Sequence record: MZ475897.1
DNA: 64,000 nt
Strand: one strand, 5' to 3'
A program made the position numbers and the translations under genes. The first letter of the stretch is position 1, and every line of letters starts with the position of its first letter. Below, in pieces: positions 8,096 to 18,037 of the stretch. The notes beneath the pieces were generated by a model. The model had not been told where the DNA came from and did not search any database. It was given only the letters and a program-made list of their open reading frames with translations.

Positions 8096-10969
8096 TTAGA
8101 TTTCGTCAGGTTCCCAACACAGAATAGGACGGCGATACACTTGGAATACGCCAGTAGGTGCGTAGCTTGAGCTAAGGTATTCTTTAGCGTTTGTACTGAG
8201 GCTACGTTCTGACGTAAGCAACTGTTGCCTGTTGTGCGTCCACTGACAACGACCACAAGACTCTGCTTCGATACCCGCATCTGAGTCCCAACCAGGCACG
8301 TCGAATGTTTTGTTCCATCCGTTGAAGTGGTGAGTAGACACCGCTCCGTTGCCTGTTGCACACAGCACCATGTACTGATAGTCAGACTCGAAGTAGATAG
8401 GCACGTTACGGCCTGTAGGGATAGAAGGACCATTAGCGTTATACGTCAATTGCCAACCAGTACGGTCTGCTGAGCCTGTAGACATGAACAACGGTCTACG
8501 GATAATCATCATGATACCGTTCTGCGTTCCGTTGTCGCTAGTCTTGGTGCAGTACGCATTGCAGCGCAGCGCACGGTCAACAGTGAACAACGTACTGTTG
8601 GAGAAGTCAGCATTGTACAGGTTAGCCGCCCACTGAGGTAAGTTAGCAGCTTCTGGTACAATGAAGTGACGCTCTGCCAGTTCCAGATCACCGTAGCGGT
8701 CATAAGCAAACACGATATACTCGTAGCCTGCATCGATCTGAATGTTATGTCCTTGAGAACCCACGCCAGTCCACTTCCAAACAATCTGCCAGTCGTTAGT
8801 ATCACGTCCAGGCGTATCGTTTATCAGGCCGTACTTGCGTTCGTATATCTGCCACACACGGGAGCCGCCAGTCGCAGCAAAGTATAAGCTGCCTGGATTA
8901 GAGCGGTCACCACCACAACGAGTAAGATGGTCGGGTCCTGCTTCGTTGTAAGCACTGGCTCCGCCTACACCGTCAAACATTTCCCAGTTCATCATCAAGT
9001 GAGAGGTGCACAACTCATTCGGTCCGCTATCATCAGTTGTCGTAACGAGATATTCATACTGATCAGCAAACGGGTAGTAGACAGTCTCTGTTCCTGCCAT
9101 AGCGACACGCCGAACCCAATCGTGTGACTGCACTTTAGGTACAGGGAAGCAAGGGTTAGTCACAGACACGACGAAACTTTTAGTCTCGTACATCGGCAGC
9201 TTTTTGAATCGGTTATCACGAATCGTTACCGTGTGCTTCATGCCGTAAGTCTGTGCACCGTCCATACCGCCTAGCACTTTGTAGTAGCTGAGATGCGCAC
9301 TCTTGGTGCTCTCGTATAGCCCCGTGATGCCAAGCGACATTGCGCTGTTGCGGTCCGTACCACAGCAATACTGATTGCCGTAGCTGTCATACGCGAAGCC
9401 CACAGAGAAGTAGCTATCAGGGTCAGACGACTGAGGTCCGTAGTACATCTCAGTAGGCGCATTGCCCTCACCAACACCAGGCAGGCCAAAGCAGCAATAG
9501 CAACCGCGATACTGATACTGTCCGCCTTCGTACACGCGACGAGAAGCACCTATGCGATACATAGCACCAGCAAGTCCGCCTTGAGTACGGTTAACGTTCG
9601 CCGTGTCATAGGAAACGACATAAACAAAGTGGTCGGCGCCAATCGAGTTCAGGAACGCAGCCATGTTAGCAGCATTCGTTGTTCCTGGTGCAGTACCTTC
9701 GGCCGAAACGTGAATGTCATACGCTCTGCGATCTACGAGCACTTGGTCGGACTTGCGAATCTTGTACACGTTGAAGCCGCGAGAATCTCGGTAGTACACG
9801 CCATTCACATACGTGTAACCAACATCGCCTGTGTCAAGCGTGCGCTGATAACCTACGATGTGGCTGAACACGCTACTACGCGCTTGCAGACTCGCACCGT
9901 TATCGTTCGACCAGTTGACAGATACATCACCAGCAGCCATACGCGCAGCCCAATCATCAGGCTTGTATGGGTAAGTGGTCACGTCAAAGTTAACGCCATA
10001 CGCACTGCCTATTTCTACGCAGCACGGGTCACGATAGATGATCTCTGGGTCAAGAATAACATCGTCAGGAATATCGACTTGACCACAGTACATCTGACGC
10101 CACACACCAGCTTGACCGCCGATAGAACCCGGGCCAGCAGCACCTGCGCCAGAGTTGAACTGGTAAGCAGCAGACGCACGGTAGTTCTTTTGGTTGCTTA
10201 ACTGTGGAACGTTCAGCCAGCCTACGTGGTCACCAAAAGCATTGATGGACTTAGAACGCGCAGCCTGAGTAGCGACAACGTTAGCAGCACCATTGCTTGT
10301 GATACCAAGCGGACTAAAGATAGCGTTGAAGTTAACGTTACCCTCGTACGGACCTTTCTGGAGTACAATCAAGCTGACGCCGTTACGGTGTGCTTCACGC
10401 AAGGCATTAAGCATCGCAGTAGGCATCGACTGACCGCTAGACGACAGCAGCAACATAACGCAGGACCATTGCTGGAAATACTTGTAGGTTCCGTCGTAAC
10501 CGTAAGCACCAGCATTGATTTCATCCCACGTATGAGACAGCATATCAAGAGGCATACGCTCAAGATAGTGAACAAGCTGTCCCCATGACTCCATTGCAGA
10601 TTCATCATCCACAGAAGCGCCATCACTAATGACCAGCATCGTCGAGCCAGCAGTGATGTTAGAGTTATATGCACGCTCGGTCAGGAACTGGCGCAGCGCA
10701 CCCATGTTGTTAATTGTGGTATTGCGATAGTTACCCATCCAGCCGTAGCCGTCAGTAACCATTGGACTATCACTGCGAATGAAGCTACCGTTCATATACA
10801 CAGAACCGTAACCGCAAACATACGCGAGAGCATGACCATCAACAACAAAGGATGTGTAGCGATTGCTATCAACGCCCATCGCATCAACAGCAGCTACGGA
10901 GCCATCGCCCACACCGCCAGTAAAGACAGGAGTAATGCCTCGTGCATACAAGCAACTTTGTTGCAGCAT
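8096..10969 (-). CDS. Large Cys/Tyr-rich virion protein with an ILEI/FAM3 (GG-type lectin) domain
   Basis: RGFNVYKI...YD...AAFLNSI...VYVVSYD...MYRIG...YRGCYCCFG matches the ILEI pattern at about 9440-9790. Confidence 0.7.
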   Translation of the reverse strand: MLQQSCLYARGITPVFTGGVGDGSVAAVDAMGVDSNRYTSFVVDGHALAYVCGYGSVYMNGSFIRSDSPMVTDGYGWMGNYRNTTINNMGALRQFLTERAYNSNITAGSTMLVISDGASVDDESAMESWGQLVHYLERMPLDMLSHTWDEINAGAYGYDGTYKYFQQWSCVMLLLSSSGQSMPTAMLNALREAHRNGVSLIVLQKGPYEGNVNFNAIFSPLGITSNGAANVVATQAARSKSINAFGDHVGWLNVPQLSNQKNYRASAAYQFNSGAGAAGPGSIGGQAGVWRQMYCGQVDIPDDVILDPEIIYRDPCCVEIGSAYGVNFDVTTYPYKPDDWAARMAAGDVSVNWSNDNGASLQARSSVFSHIVGYQRTLDTGDVGYTYVNGVYYRDSRGFNVYKIRKSDQVLVDRRAYDIHVSAEGTAPGTTNAANMAAFLNSIGADHFVYVVSYDTANVNRTQGGLAGAMYRIGASRRVYEGGQYQYRGCYCCFGLPGVGEGNAPTEMYYGPQSSDPDSYFSVGFAYDSYGNQYCCGTDRNSAMSLGITGLYESTKSAHLSYYKVLGGMDGAQTYGMKHTVTIRDNRFKKLPMYETKSFVVSVTNPCFPVPKVQSHDWVRRVAMAGTETVYYPFADQYEYLVTTTDDSGPNELCTSHLMMNWEMFDGVGGASAYNEAGPDHLTRCGGDRSNPGSLYFAATGGSRVWQIYERKYGLINDTPGRDTNDWQIVWKWTGVGSQGHNIQIDAGYEYIVFAYDRYGDLELAERHFIVPEAANLPQWAANLYNADFSNSTLFTVDRALRCNAYCTKTSDNGTQNGIMMIIRRPLFMSTGSADRTGWQLTYNANGPSIPTGRNVPIYFESDYQYMVLCATGNGAVSTHHFNGWNKTFDVPGWDSDAGIEAESCGRCQWTHNRQQLLTSERSLSTNAKEYLSSSYAPTGVFQVYRRPILCWEPDEI

Positions 10970-10988
10970 ATTATGTCCTTAGATCGGC

Positions 10989-11008
10989 AAGAGGGGCCGA
11001 AGCCCCTT
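10989..11008 (-). terminator. UUCG-capped hairpin (weak terminator or stabiliser)
   Basis: Minus strand AAGGGGC-TTCG-GCCCCTC with a short T tail. Confidence 0.5.
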
Positions 11009-11012
11009 CCTG

Positions 11013-13034
11013 TTAGCCAAATACAATCTCAGTGATTGCAAGATACGTCACATCGTTTGAGTCACCACGGTCACCAGAACCGTAGGCCATCAACCAAATC
11101 TCTTCACCTGCAGGGATGTTAGTGTCGAATGTGATACGTTGCAGAACGTTAGCGCTTGAGTAGACACGCTGCGCTGCACCAGCACCTGCATAACGTTCGT
11201 AGATGGACATGTCGTGCCAGCTACCGTTATTACCATCAAACACCCAATCAAATGTGATTCGCTTGATAGGTCGAGTGAAGAAGTTATTCCACTTGAACCA
11301 ACCATTCGAGCCACCCCAGAAGTTCATATAGCTGCCGTCCCAAACTTTCAGGTTCTCAATGCCACCGCTGACTGTACGACCGCCAGTCTGTGTGAATGCA
11401 TAGCAGTACCATGGGAATGGATCTGAATCAGGCGGCTGTGAGTTACCACCAGCAACTGTGATGCAGCGATACGGAACTGTGAAGTCTCTGACGTTAATGT
11501 GCGGAGGCTGAATCGGGCAGTACACATAGTAAGACCAGTCACACCCGATAGGGCCTGTAACGCGCACTGTGATTTCAGAACGCAGAACATGCTCAGGGTA
11601 TTTCCAGAACTCAAGTGTACCGACAGAGCCTGCTACGACAATTGACGTATCAAGCAGATTCATATCACGGTCAAACACCTCGAACTTGGTATCGAATGAG
11701 TTAGCAACGCATACGACCAGCTCGGCTCGGATATCTGTCTGTGTGCCTAACGCAAAATTATCTTCTGTGGTTGGATGACCGGCAGAGTAAACGCTGTAGC
11801 TTTGGCACGGATGCATGAACTCACGCGCACCTCGCTCCGAAGGACAATAAAGGCTGTAGAAGAAGCTGTCAAGGGACTCGGCGTTTCCAAAGTCTTTAGA
11901 TACCACGCGCACCATAATGTCACACGCGATGTTCTTAGGGTCAAAGTAGAAATACAGATAACCCTCAAGTGTCTTCGCATCAAGCGTTGTTGCAATACGT
12001 CTACCGTTTTGATACACCTCAATGAAGTCGAGCGTTTCCCATGAGGTATAATCAAGGTACATCCAGCCTGCTGTCCAGCCCACAAAGTGATAATACTCGA
12101 ACGCGTTAGCATTCTGAATACGCTCTGCAATAGGCCACACTGAGGCATGACACGGAGCTGGGAATACTGGCGTGCCGATATAGTCAGGATTGATAACGTC
12201 AGGGTAATTGATAACGTCATATGCAGCTTGACTATCGAGCGCTAACCCACCACGGTCAGAAGGTGCAGAAAGCAGAGGAGGATAAACCATCATGCTCCAG
12301 CCATAGCCTTGAGTTGTGCGCACACGTATCATGATACGCATATCGGCAGCGTCAGGGTCAAACTGGAACTTGATGCGAGAACGTCCTGTTACTTTGCCGC
12401 AAGATGAAGCTACGCGCACGCCCATGTGATAGACGTCAATGCTTGCACCAGCAGGCGCATACGAAGCAAAGTTAACTTCGACGTAACCTTCAGTTGCAGG
12501 CAGCGCATAGATCGTTTCAGTGATAACAGCACCACGACCGTGAGTAGATGCATAAGGCACGTTTGGGTTAGCATACGTACCAAGACCTGCTCTCGATGCT
12601 ACACCTACAGGGTCATAAGACTCAAGCGTCTTAATGCCTGGACGATTGATACTGCGACCAGTTGGCGGTGCTGACGAGTTGACAACACCGAAGCCTGTAC
12701 GACCCGCATCAGGCAAGTCGAATCCTATTGGATAGCCGCCAAGAATCGTGTAGCTTTCACGACCACCACTGCCTATACCGTTACCGGAGCCTTTGGTTGT
12801 TGACGTAGGGCCACCGCCACATGCACCTGTTTCAAGATTCGAACAGGGATCATCATAGGTAGGGTCAAACGTGTCATCGATTAAATGCCAGCGCTTGCCC
12901 CACTGATTACGCACGCTGAACTTCTCAGGCGTTAGAGGAGTCCAGTCACCTTCCTTGGTGCGAACGTACATGGGCGTATCGACACAATCAAGCCAACCGT
13001 TATTCGCAGCATTACGAACGCGAAAACGTGACAT
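11013..13034 (-). CDS. Virion fibre protein with three tandem ~90-aa beta-sandwich repeats
   Basis: Repeats ending I-x-VRV...(W/F)-S/Y-x-x-V/L-Y-(C/P)P at three positions. Confidence 0.65.
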   Translation of the reverse strand: MSRFRVRNAANNGWLDCVDTPMYVRTKEGDWTPLTPEKFSVRNQWGKRWHLIDDTFDPTYDDPCSNLETGACGGGPTSTTKGSGNGIGSGGRESYTILGGYPIGFDLPDAGRTGFGVVNSSAPPTGRSINRPGIKTLESYDPVGVASRAGLGTYANPNVPYASTHGRGAVITETIYALPATEGYVEVNFASYAPAGASIDVYHMGVRVASSCGKVTGRSRIKFQFDPDAADMRIMIRVRTTQGYGWSMMVYPPLLSAPSDRGGLALDSQAAYDVINYPDVINPDYIGTPVFPAPCHASVWPIAERIQNANAFEYYHFVGWTAGWMYLDYTSWETLDFIEVYQNGRRIATTLDAKTLEGYLYFYFDPKNIACDIMVRVVSKDFGNAESLDSFFYSLYCPSERGAREFMHPCQSYSVYSAGHPTTEDNFALGTQTDIRAELVVCVANSFDTKFEVFDRDMNLLDTSIVVAGSVGTLEFWKYPEHVLRSEITVRVTGPIGCDWSYYVYCPIQPPHINVRDFTVPYRCITVAGGNSQPPDSDPFPWYCYAFTQTGGRTVSGGIENLKVWDGSYMNFWGGSNGWFKWNNFFTRPIKRITFDWVFDGNNGSWHDMSIYERYAGAGAAQRVYSSANVLQRITFDTNIPAGEEIWLMAYGSGDRGDSNDVTYLAITEIVFG

Positions 13035-13045
13035 GTACTATCTCC

Positions 13046-13537
13046 TTACGGTCTGACCCAGATAGCGCCTGCTGGAACTTCTTGATCTTGAGCAGGGTCA
13101 GTATCCTGGACGAAGACAGCTACCACACCTGGGTTTCCAGGAGCACCGGTCGGACCTGTAGCACCAGTAGGGCCCGCAGGACCACGAATACCAACATAGC
13201 CTTGCTTTCCTGGGAGACCATCGATACCGCGAGGACCAACACAGCCGTCAGTACCGCGCTTACCATCAGAACCCATTAAGCCATCGATACCGTCACGACC
13301 AGAAGCACCAACACCGCCTTCAGGACCATAGCCGATGCTGTAGATGGTAGGCAGGCCAGAGATAGCGAGCTTTCCGATACTCGGAATATTAATAGACAGC
13401 ACACCTGTCAGTTGATCGAAAGCGCCTTGCAGCGTTGTTTCGTCTTCGGCAACATCAACAGACACACCACCTTGAGTTGCTACTACCTTACCAGACGCAT
13501 TCGTCTTGAGTAGCGATATATCAACCTTTTCTACCAC
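13046..13537 (-). CDS. Collagen-like fibre protein B
   Basis: Gly-X-Y run; shared FDQLTGVLSI...GLPT module; C-terminal DTDP...GAIWVRP; GTG start with GGAG SD. Confidence 0.85.
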   Translation of the reverse strand: MVEKVDISLLKTNASGKVVATQGGVSVDVAEDETTLQGAFDQLTGVLSINIPSIGKLAISGLPTIYSIGYGPEGGVGASGRDGIDGLMGSDGKRGTDGCVGPRGIDGLPGKQGYVGIRGPAGPTGATGPTGAPGNPGVVAVFVQDTDPAQDQEVPAGAIWVRP

Positions 13538-13546
13538 GAGAACTCC

Positions 13547-14179
13547 TTATGGCCATGTGGTGCCTTGATCTTTAGTTGGGTCGACCCAGAGCGTACCTGC
13601 GGCTACAGCTCCCGGCTGGGTAGCGCTAACGATAATTGCAAGACGACCGGAAGGACCTGCAGGACCAGTTGGGCCAGTAGGACCAGTACCACCAGTAGAG
13701 CCAGTAGGACCAGTACCACCGCGAGGACCAGTAGGTCCAGTCGGCCCCATAGGTCCTTCACGACCTTCTCTGCCCGTAGGCCCAACATTACCGTCACGGC
13801 CATCACGGCCATCCGGGCCTGGTATGCCTTGCTCACCATCAGGGCCCACAGGACCTGTACAGCCTGGGCCGCCCGTTGCACCATCACGACCATCACGACC
13901 ATCTTTTCCGTCTGCACCTGTTTCACCTTTCTGACCTGTACGACCTGCTGGAATATCAGACGCAGTTGGGAAACCTGAGACTTTCAGACTACTGCCGTTA
14001 GCAAAGCGCAGAGTCAACACGCCCGCAGTAGCGTCATACGAGGAATCTGACGTGACTTCTGATGGAGCTTCGGACTCAGCACTGTTAACAACAAGTGTGC
14101 CGCCAGATGCTCGGACAGGTGTTGCAACAGAGCTTACGCCCGCAGCGATTAAACTTGTTTTTACCTTTATCAAACTCAT
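13547..14179 (-). CDS. Collagen-like fibre protein C
   Basis: About 35 Gly-X-Y triplets rich in GPT; shared N-module; C-terminal ATQP...GTLWVDP. Confidence 0.85.
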   Translation of the reverse strand: MSLIKVKTSLIAAGVSSVATPVRASGGTLVVNSAESEAPSEVTSDSSYDATAGVLTLRFANGSSLKVSGFPTASDIPAGRTGQKGETGADGKDGRDGRDGATGGPGCTGPVGPDGEQGIPGPDGRDGRDGNVGPTGREGREGPMGPTGPTGPRGGTGPTGSTGGTGPTGPTGPAGPSGRLAIIVSATQPGAVAAGTLWVDPTKDQGTTWP

Positions 14180-15615
14180 TACGTCTTCTCCGCCTGAGCA
14201 GTCATATCCGTGTTATGAGCCAGAACATCACCAACGAAATAGCAGTCGAAAGGTTCAACGTCTATGTCTACGGTATTAACGAGTTGGTCTATACGACGAC
14301 ATTCGTATACAGACACAGGACCTTTGCGCCCTCTGACTTGCATTCCTTGCTTAACTTCACGAGCAGGAACATAGCGCCATTGCTTATCATCATAGATCAG
14401 CACAGGATGTTCGTGCGTAAACTTCTGTCCATTAATGACGAAGTAGTGATCTTCCTGACCATACTTGAGTGCGCGCACAGCAGCATAGACATTCTTACCT
14501 TTCAGACTTGGTGAGGACCATTTACGGAACTCTTTAGGCTGATTGGAGAACGATGCAAGCATATCGCCTACAGACAAACGTTCAACAGGCACAGAGCCAG
14601 CGATTGTATGCACAGTAGAGCCGAACACGATACAGCCAGATGTTTTACTCACAGGGTTACGTGCCACTACGGTCAAAGCAGATTTCACAGTGACTGTAGG
14701 ACGAGACGGTTGCCCCATGTCTGTTACTAAACAACTGATGGTGCCTCTGATAGTACGGTCAGCACCGAGACCAAGACGCAGATAGAAGTTAACTATGCAT
14801 GTGTTAGTCTCTATGGCGTCAAGGTTAACGCCCTCAGTTGTTGTGATTGTCCACTTGTACTTGTATGGACCCACACCGCCACGCGCATTGACAGGCAGAT
14901 AAGCAAGCGAGGTGAATACGTCAGACCCTTGTACTGTGCGCGTGCCTACCATGTACAGACTAGACACAGAAGCAACAAGTGGGCTGATAGTAGGAAGAGG
15001 AGGTGCTGGCGATACGTTAGCAGTCGGGTACAGCCACACGAACACGTTAGATGCAGTGGGTTGCACATTAGACAGCACAGCAGTTTCGATAGGCGCAGGA
15101 CCTGTAGGACCCGTTGCACCTGCGATACAGCTTGGACCGTCATTGCCTCGTGGGCCGAGTATGCCAGTAGGACCCGTTGGACCGATTGGCCCTGTAGGTC
15201 CGTCTTTACCGTCAGGACCCGTGTCACCGTCAGGGCCAGTAGCGCCATCACGGCCAGGCTCACCCGCAGTGCCATTAAGACCTCTAGCACCAGGGAGACC
15301 ACCACAGCCGTCAGCACCAGTAGAGCCATCACGACCGTCACGACCGTCACGACCCGCAGCGCCTGGCGCACCTCTCTTACCTTGCTTACCTGAACCAAAC
15401 ATTGCACTCGTAGGCAGGCCGGGGATATTAACTAAATCCCCATTCTGTTTGATGAGTACGAGCACGCCGTTCTTACTGTCAAACTTTACGCTTGCGATCT
15501 GTGTCGTTGTCAACACATCGGAGGATTCGAATTGAATACCACCAGCAACAGCAACAACCGATTTACCTTCATCGTTGCCTGTTGTCTCGATTTGCGAAAG
15601 TTTTAAGTCTGTCAT
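14179..15615 (-). CDS. Collagen-like fibre protein D with Ig-like domain and C-terminal Hint domain
   Basis: Gly-X-Y run; Hint motifs C1 (CIVFGS), TxxH (THEH) and terminal HN followed by Thr. Confidence 0.85.
   Translation of the reverse strand: MTDLKLSQIETTGNDEGKSVVAVAGGIQFESSDVLTTTQIASVKFDSKNGVLVLIKQNGDLVNIPGLPTSAMFGSGKQGKRGAPGAAGRDGRDGRDGSTGADGCGGLPGARGLNGTAGEPGRDGATGPDGDTGPDGKDGPTGPIGPTGPTGILGPRGNDGPSCIAGATGPTGPAPIETAVLSNVQPTASNVFVWLYPTANVSPAPPLPTISPLVASVSSLYMVGTRTVQGSDVFTSLAYLPVNARGGVGPYKYKWTITTTEGVNLDAIETNTCIVNFYLRLGLGADRTIRGTISCLVTDMGQPSRPTVTVKSALTVVARNPVSKTSGCIVFGSTVHTIAGSVPVERLSVGDMLASFSNQPKEFRKWSSPSLKGKNVYAAVRALKYGQEDHYFVINGQKFTHEHPVLIYDDKQWRYVPAREVKQGMQVRGRKGPVSVYECRRIDQLVNTVDIDVEPFDCYFVGDVLAHNTDMTAQAEKT
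14212..14634 (-). other. Hint (intein-like) domain, 141 aa
   Basis: Cys codon 14632-14634, FTHEHP, His-Asn at 14212-14217, +1 Thr; no homing endonuclease. Confidence 0.8.
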
Positions 15616-17948
15616 TTAGGCTCGACCTTAATGCACAAGTTACCAATCAGCTTCGAACCGTAGCTCGTGATCTGGGCATTACTGATACGCACCTTAGCGA
15701 CAATATCAATAAAGCCTTGAGGTTGGTTCTCTGCTAACACAACAAGCATCTGGGTGATACTGACATTCGAATACGCGATGATCTCGGTCAGGTTTTCTGT
15801 AGAATCAACAACGTTGAAACCACTGCTACCCGTACCTTTCAGACCACGACCATATTCAGCCTCAGCAAGGCCAGGAGTCTTGTACGATAGAACGTACTCG
15901 ATATGCTCTTTGCCGCTGGTGGCTTTAAAGCCAGGACCCAATTGACACTGGAAGTCTGCAACACAGGTAAGCATGACACCTTTCTTGAACTCGATGCGCT
16001 GCGTAATCGTCAGCTCCTCTGAGTCCTCAACATCTTGGTGGATGTTGTACATGTTCTTAGGGTCAGCTTCTTCTGCAAGCGCTTGCGTGTTGCTGATGGT
16101 GATGTTCGGCCACTCACCGCTGATCTTAATACCTTCACCCTGAATGATTTCAGGAACGAACATAGGCACATCAATCGGCGAGAGTCCCTGACGCTTGAAC
16201 ATAAAGCCTGTTGGCGTAGGGATAACATCAATGATAACGCCATCAACAGAACTGTCTTTCGAGCCTACAGCCATCACGTTTTCGAAGATGGTGATTTCCA
16301 CCAGCGTGTCTGCTGGGATAGGCGATACAGTCTGCAACGAGTTACCAACAACGGTGAAGTCAGAAGGATGAATCGTCAGACCACCCATCGTTGCAACAAC
16401 GTGCGCTTTGTTCAGTGGGCTAGTCGGAAGAATGTATGTATCAGCATCATAAGGAAGACGATACTGAGAAACACGCATACGAGTAGACCAGTTGGCGCGT
16501 TCTTCATAGCGGGCAACATAGAAAGAATACTTCTGGCCAGAAGGAATTGCCTGCGTTAACGTAATCTTATTGCCGTTGTTGATCTTGTAGACTGTGGAGG
16601 GCTGCCACGTTGAGCCTACAACACAGAAGACCATATCGGCGCTTTCGATTACTTGACTACCCAGAGAGAACTGAGTTGTCTGACCGTCACCTACACCTTC
16701 GTACAGCTCAAACAGAACGACATGGCCTTGAGATGGTTCGATACGGAACTGTCTCAGGTCAAGCAGCATCTGTTGTTCAGGGTAGGATGAAAGCAGCAAC
16801 TGATCTTCCTGAACGGAGTATGCAGTGCGCGGCTGGAGAACGCCTGACGTGCCTACAAATAAATCAGTAGAGCTATCAAGAATCTCGGTCAGTTGGTAAC
16901 GCAGAGCATCAGGAGTAGCTGTGGTCACAACAGAACTAAACAGCATCTTGCCTGGTGGTACAAACAGGCTTGCAGTCGTCTGACGTGAGCCACCAACAGG
17001 ACCCCAATACGGTTCGTTGTCTGCACCACGCATCAATCCCCATGTGCTCGGCACATCGTTGTTAGCAGGCCACGGGATGCCAGCGCTCGGCGTAGTTGGG
17101 TTAGTGATTCGACGCCACACAGCGATAGACGTTTGCGCAGACACGAATGGAATAGCGCTGTCCAAGTTGACCAGCTGCTGGTTGGTGTATTTGAAGTGAC
17201 GACAAGCGCCTGCACCGGTACCTGCAATAGTCTGCACGAGGACGGTCTCACCTTCTTTGAGAGAAGTAAGACTTGGAATCTTAAACGTGTTAGCGTTAAT
17301 GAAACCAGTAGAGGTAATCTGGCCGCTGAACACACGGTCGTGCTCGCTGAAAGCCCAATAGTAAGAGCCTGCACCGTAGCGCGAAGCCTGACCAGGAGAT
17401 TTAGAGCCATCGCTGTTGATATGCATGTCCAACACAGACACAACGTTGAACACGTTATCGTTCAGGCTAGGCAAATTCTCCAGCGTTGCTACACTCGGGA
17501 TAGACGTGTAATCCGCCATCTCAACAGCAAGAATCTTCTGGACGTCCTGCGTCAAATGGATGAGCAAGCTAACGCGAGACACAGAATTTGGAACTGCAAT
17601 GATAGGCTCTTGCAGAACAACGTGACCGAAAGGACGGTTGTCTTTGAGCATGATCATCAACTCACCCACACGCTTCAATTGCTCACCAGCAGCGTAGGTC
17701 AGTTTTATATCAAAGATAAAGCGTGCGCTATTCTCAGAGAGAACCTGTACATAGGACAGAGCACCGGAAGCAAGCTCGTTGCCAAGTAACTGCTCTGGAA
17801 CCTCAGATGGGTTAGAGCCGATATAGTCACCTGCTTTGAACGAAACTGGCTGCACAGCAATGCCGCCTGCGTTAGCGTTCGCAACGGCCTGTTCTCCCTG
17901 AGGCGTTAAACGCAGAGCGTCAACGTAGATAGATTCATCAGCGGCCAT
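15612..17948 (-). CDS. Tail-collar or baseplate fibre protein (DUF3751-like N-terminus)
   Basis: [14 protein letters not shown]...FKAGD N-terminus; three QP..Y.(V/I)..N.(L/I) repeat modules. Confidence 0.65.
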   Translation of the reverse strand: MAADESIYVDALRLTPQGEQAVANANAGGIAVQPVSFKAGDYIGSNPSEVPEQLLGNELASGALSYVQVLSENSARFIFDIKLTYAAGEQLKRVGELMIMLKDNRPFGHVVLQEPIIAVPNSVSRVSLLIHLTQDVQKILAVEMADYTSIPSVATLENLPSLNDNVFNVVSVLDMHINSDGSKSPGQASRYGAGSYYWAFSEHDRVFSGQITSTGFINANTFKIPSLTSLKEGETVLVQTIAGTGAGACRHFKYTNQQLVNLDSAIPFVSAQTSIAVWRRITNPTTPSAGIPWPANNDVPSTWGLMRGADNEPYWGPVGGSRQTTASLFVPPGKMLFSSVVTTATPDALRYQLTEILDSSTDLFVGTSGVLQPRTAYSVQEDQLLLSSYPEQQMLLDLRQFRIEPSQGHVVLFELYEGVGDGQTTQFSLGSQVIESADMVFCVVGSTWQPSTVYKINNGNKITLTQAIPSGQKYSFYVARYEERANWSTRMRVSQYRLPYDADTYILPTSPLNKAHVVATMGGLTIHPSDFTVVGNSLQTVSPIPADTLVEITIFENVMAVGSKDSSVDGVIIDVIPTPTGFMFKRQGLSPIDVPMFVPEIIQGEGIKISGEWPNITISNTQALAEEADPKNMYNIHQDVEDSEELTITQRIEFKKGVMLTCVADFQCQLGPGFKATSGKEHIEYVLSYKTPGLAEAEYGRGLKGTGSSGFNVVDSTENLTEIIAYSNVSITQMLVVLAENQPQGFIDIVAKVRISNAQITSYGSKLIGNLCIKVEPK

Positions 17949-17978
17949 CAAAAGAACTCCTTGAATATTTACGTTCTT

Positions 17979-17986
17979 AAATTAGC
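17979..17986 (-). promoter_or_regulatory. GCTAATTT motif, candidate phage late promoter
   Basis: Just downstream of a terminator, 30 nt upstream of ATG 17948. Confidence 0.55.
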
Positions 17987-17993
17987 AATAAAC

Positions 17994-18032
17994 AAAAAGG
18001 GAGCCAGGAACACGCAGCTCCAAGCTCCCTTT
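17994..18032 (-). terminator. Rho-independent terminator
   Basis: AAAGGGAGC/GCTCCCTTT stem with T-run on the minus strand, after the 18038 stop. Confidence 0.65.
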
Positions 18033-18037
18033 ATTTT

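Noticed and set aside
14912-15535. Plus-strand Pro/Gly/Ser-rich ORF resembling collagen or elastin
   Set aside because: Antisense reading of the real collagen gene
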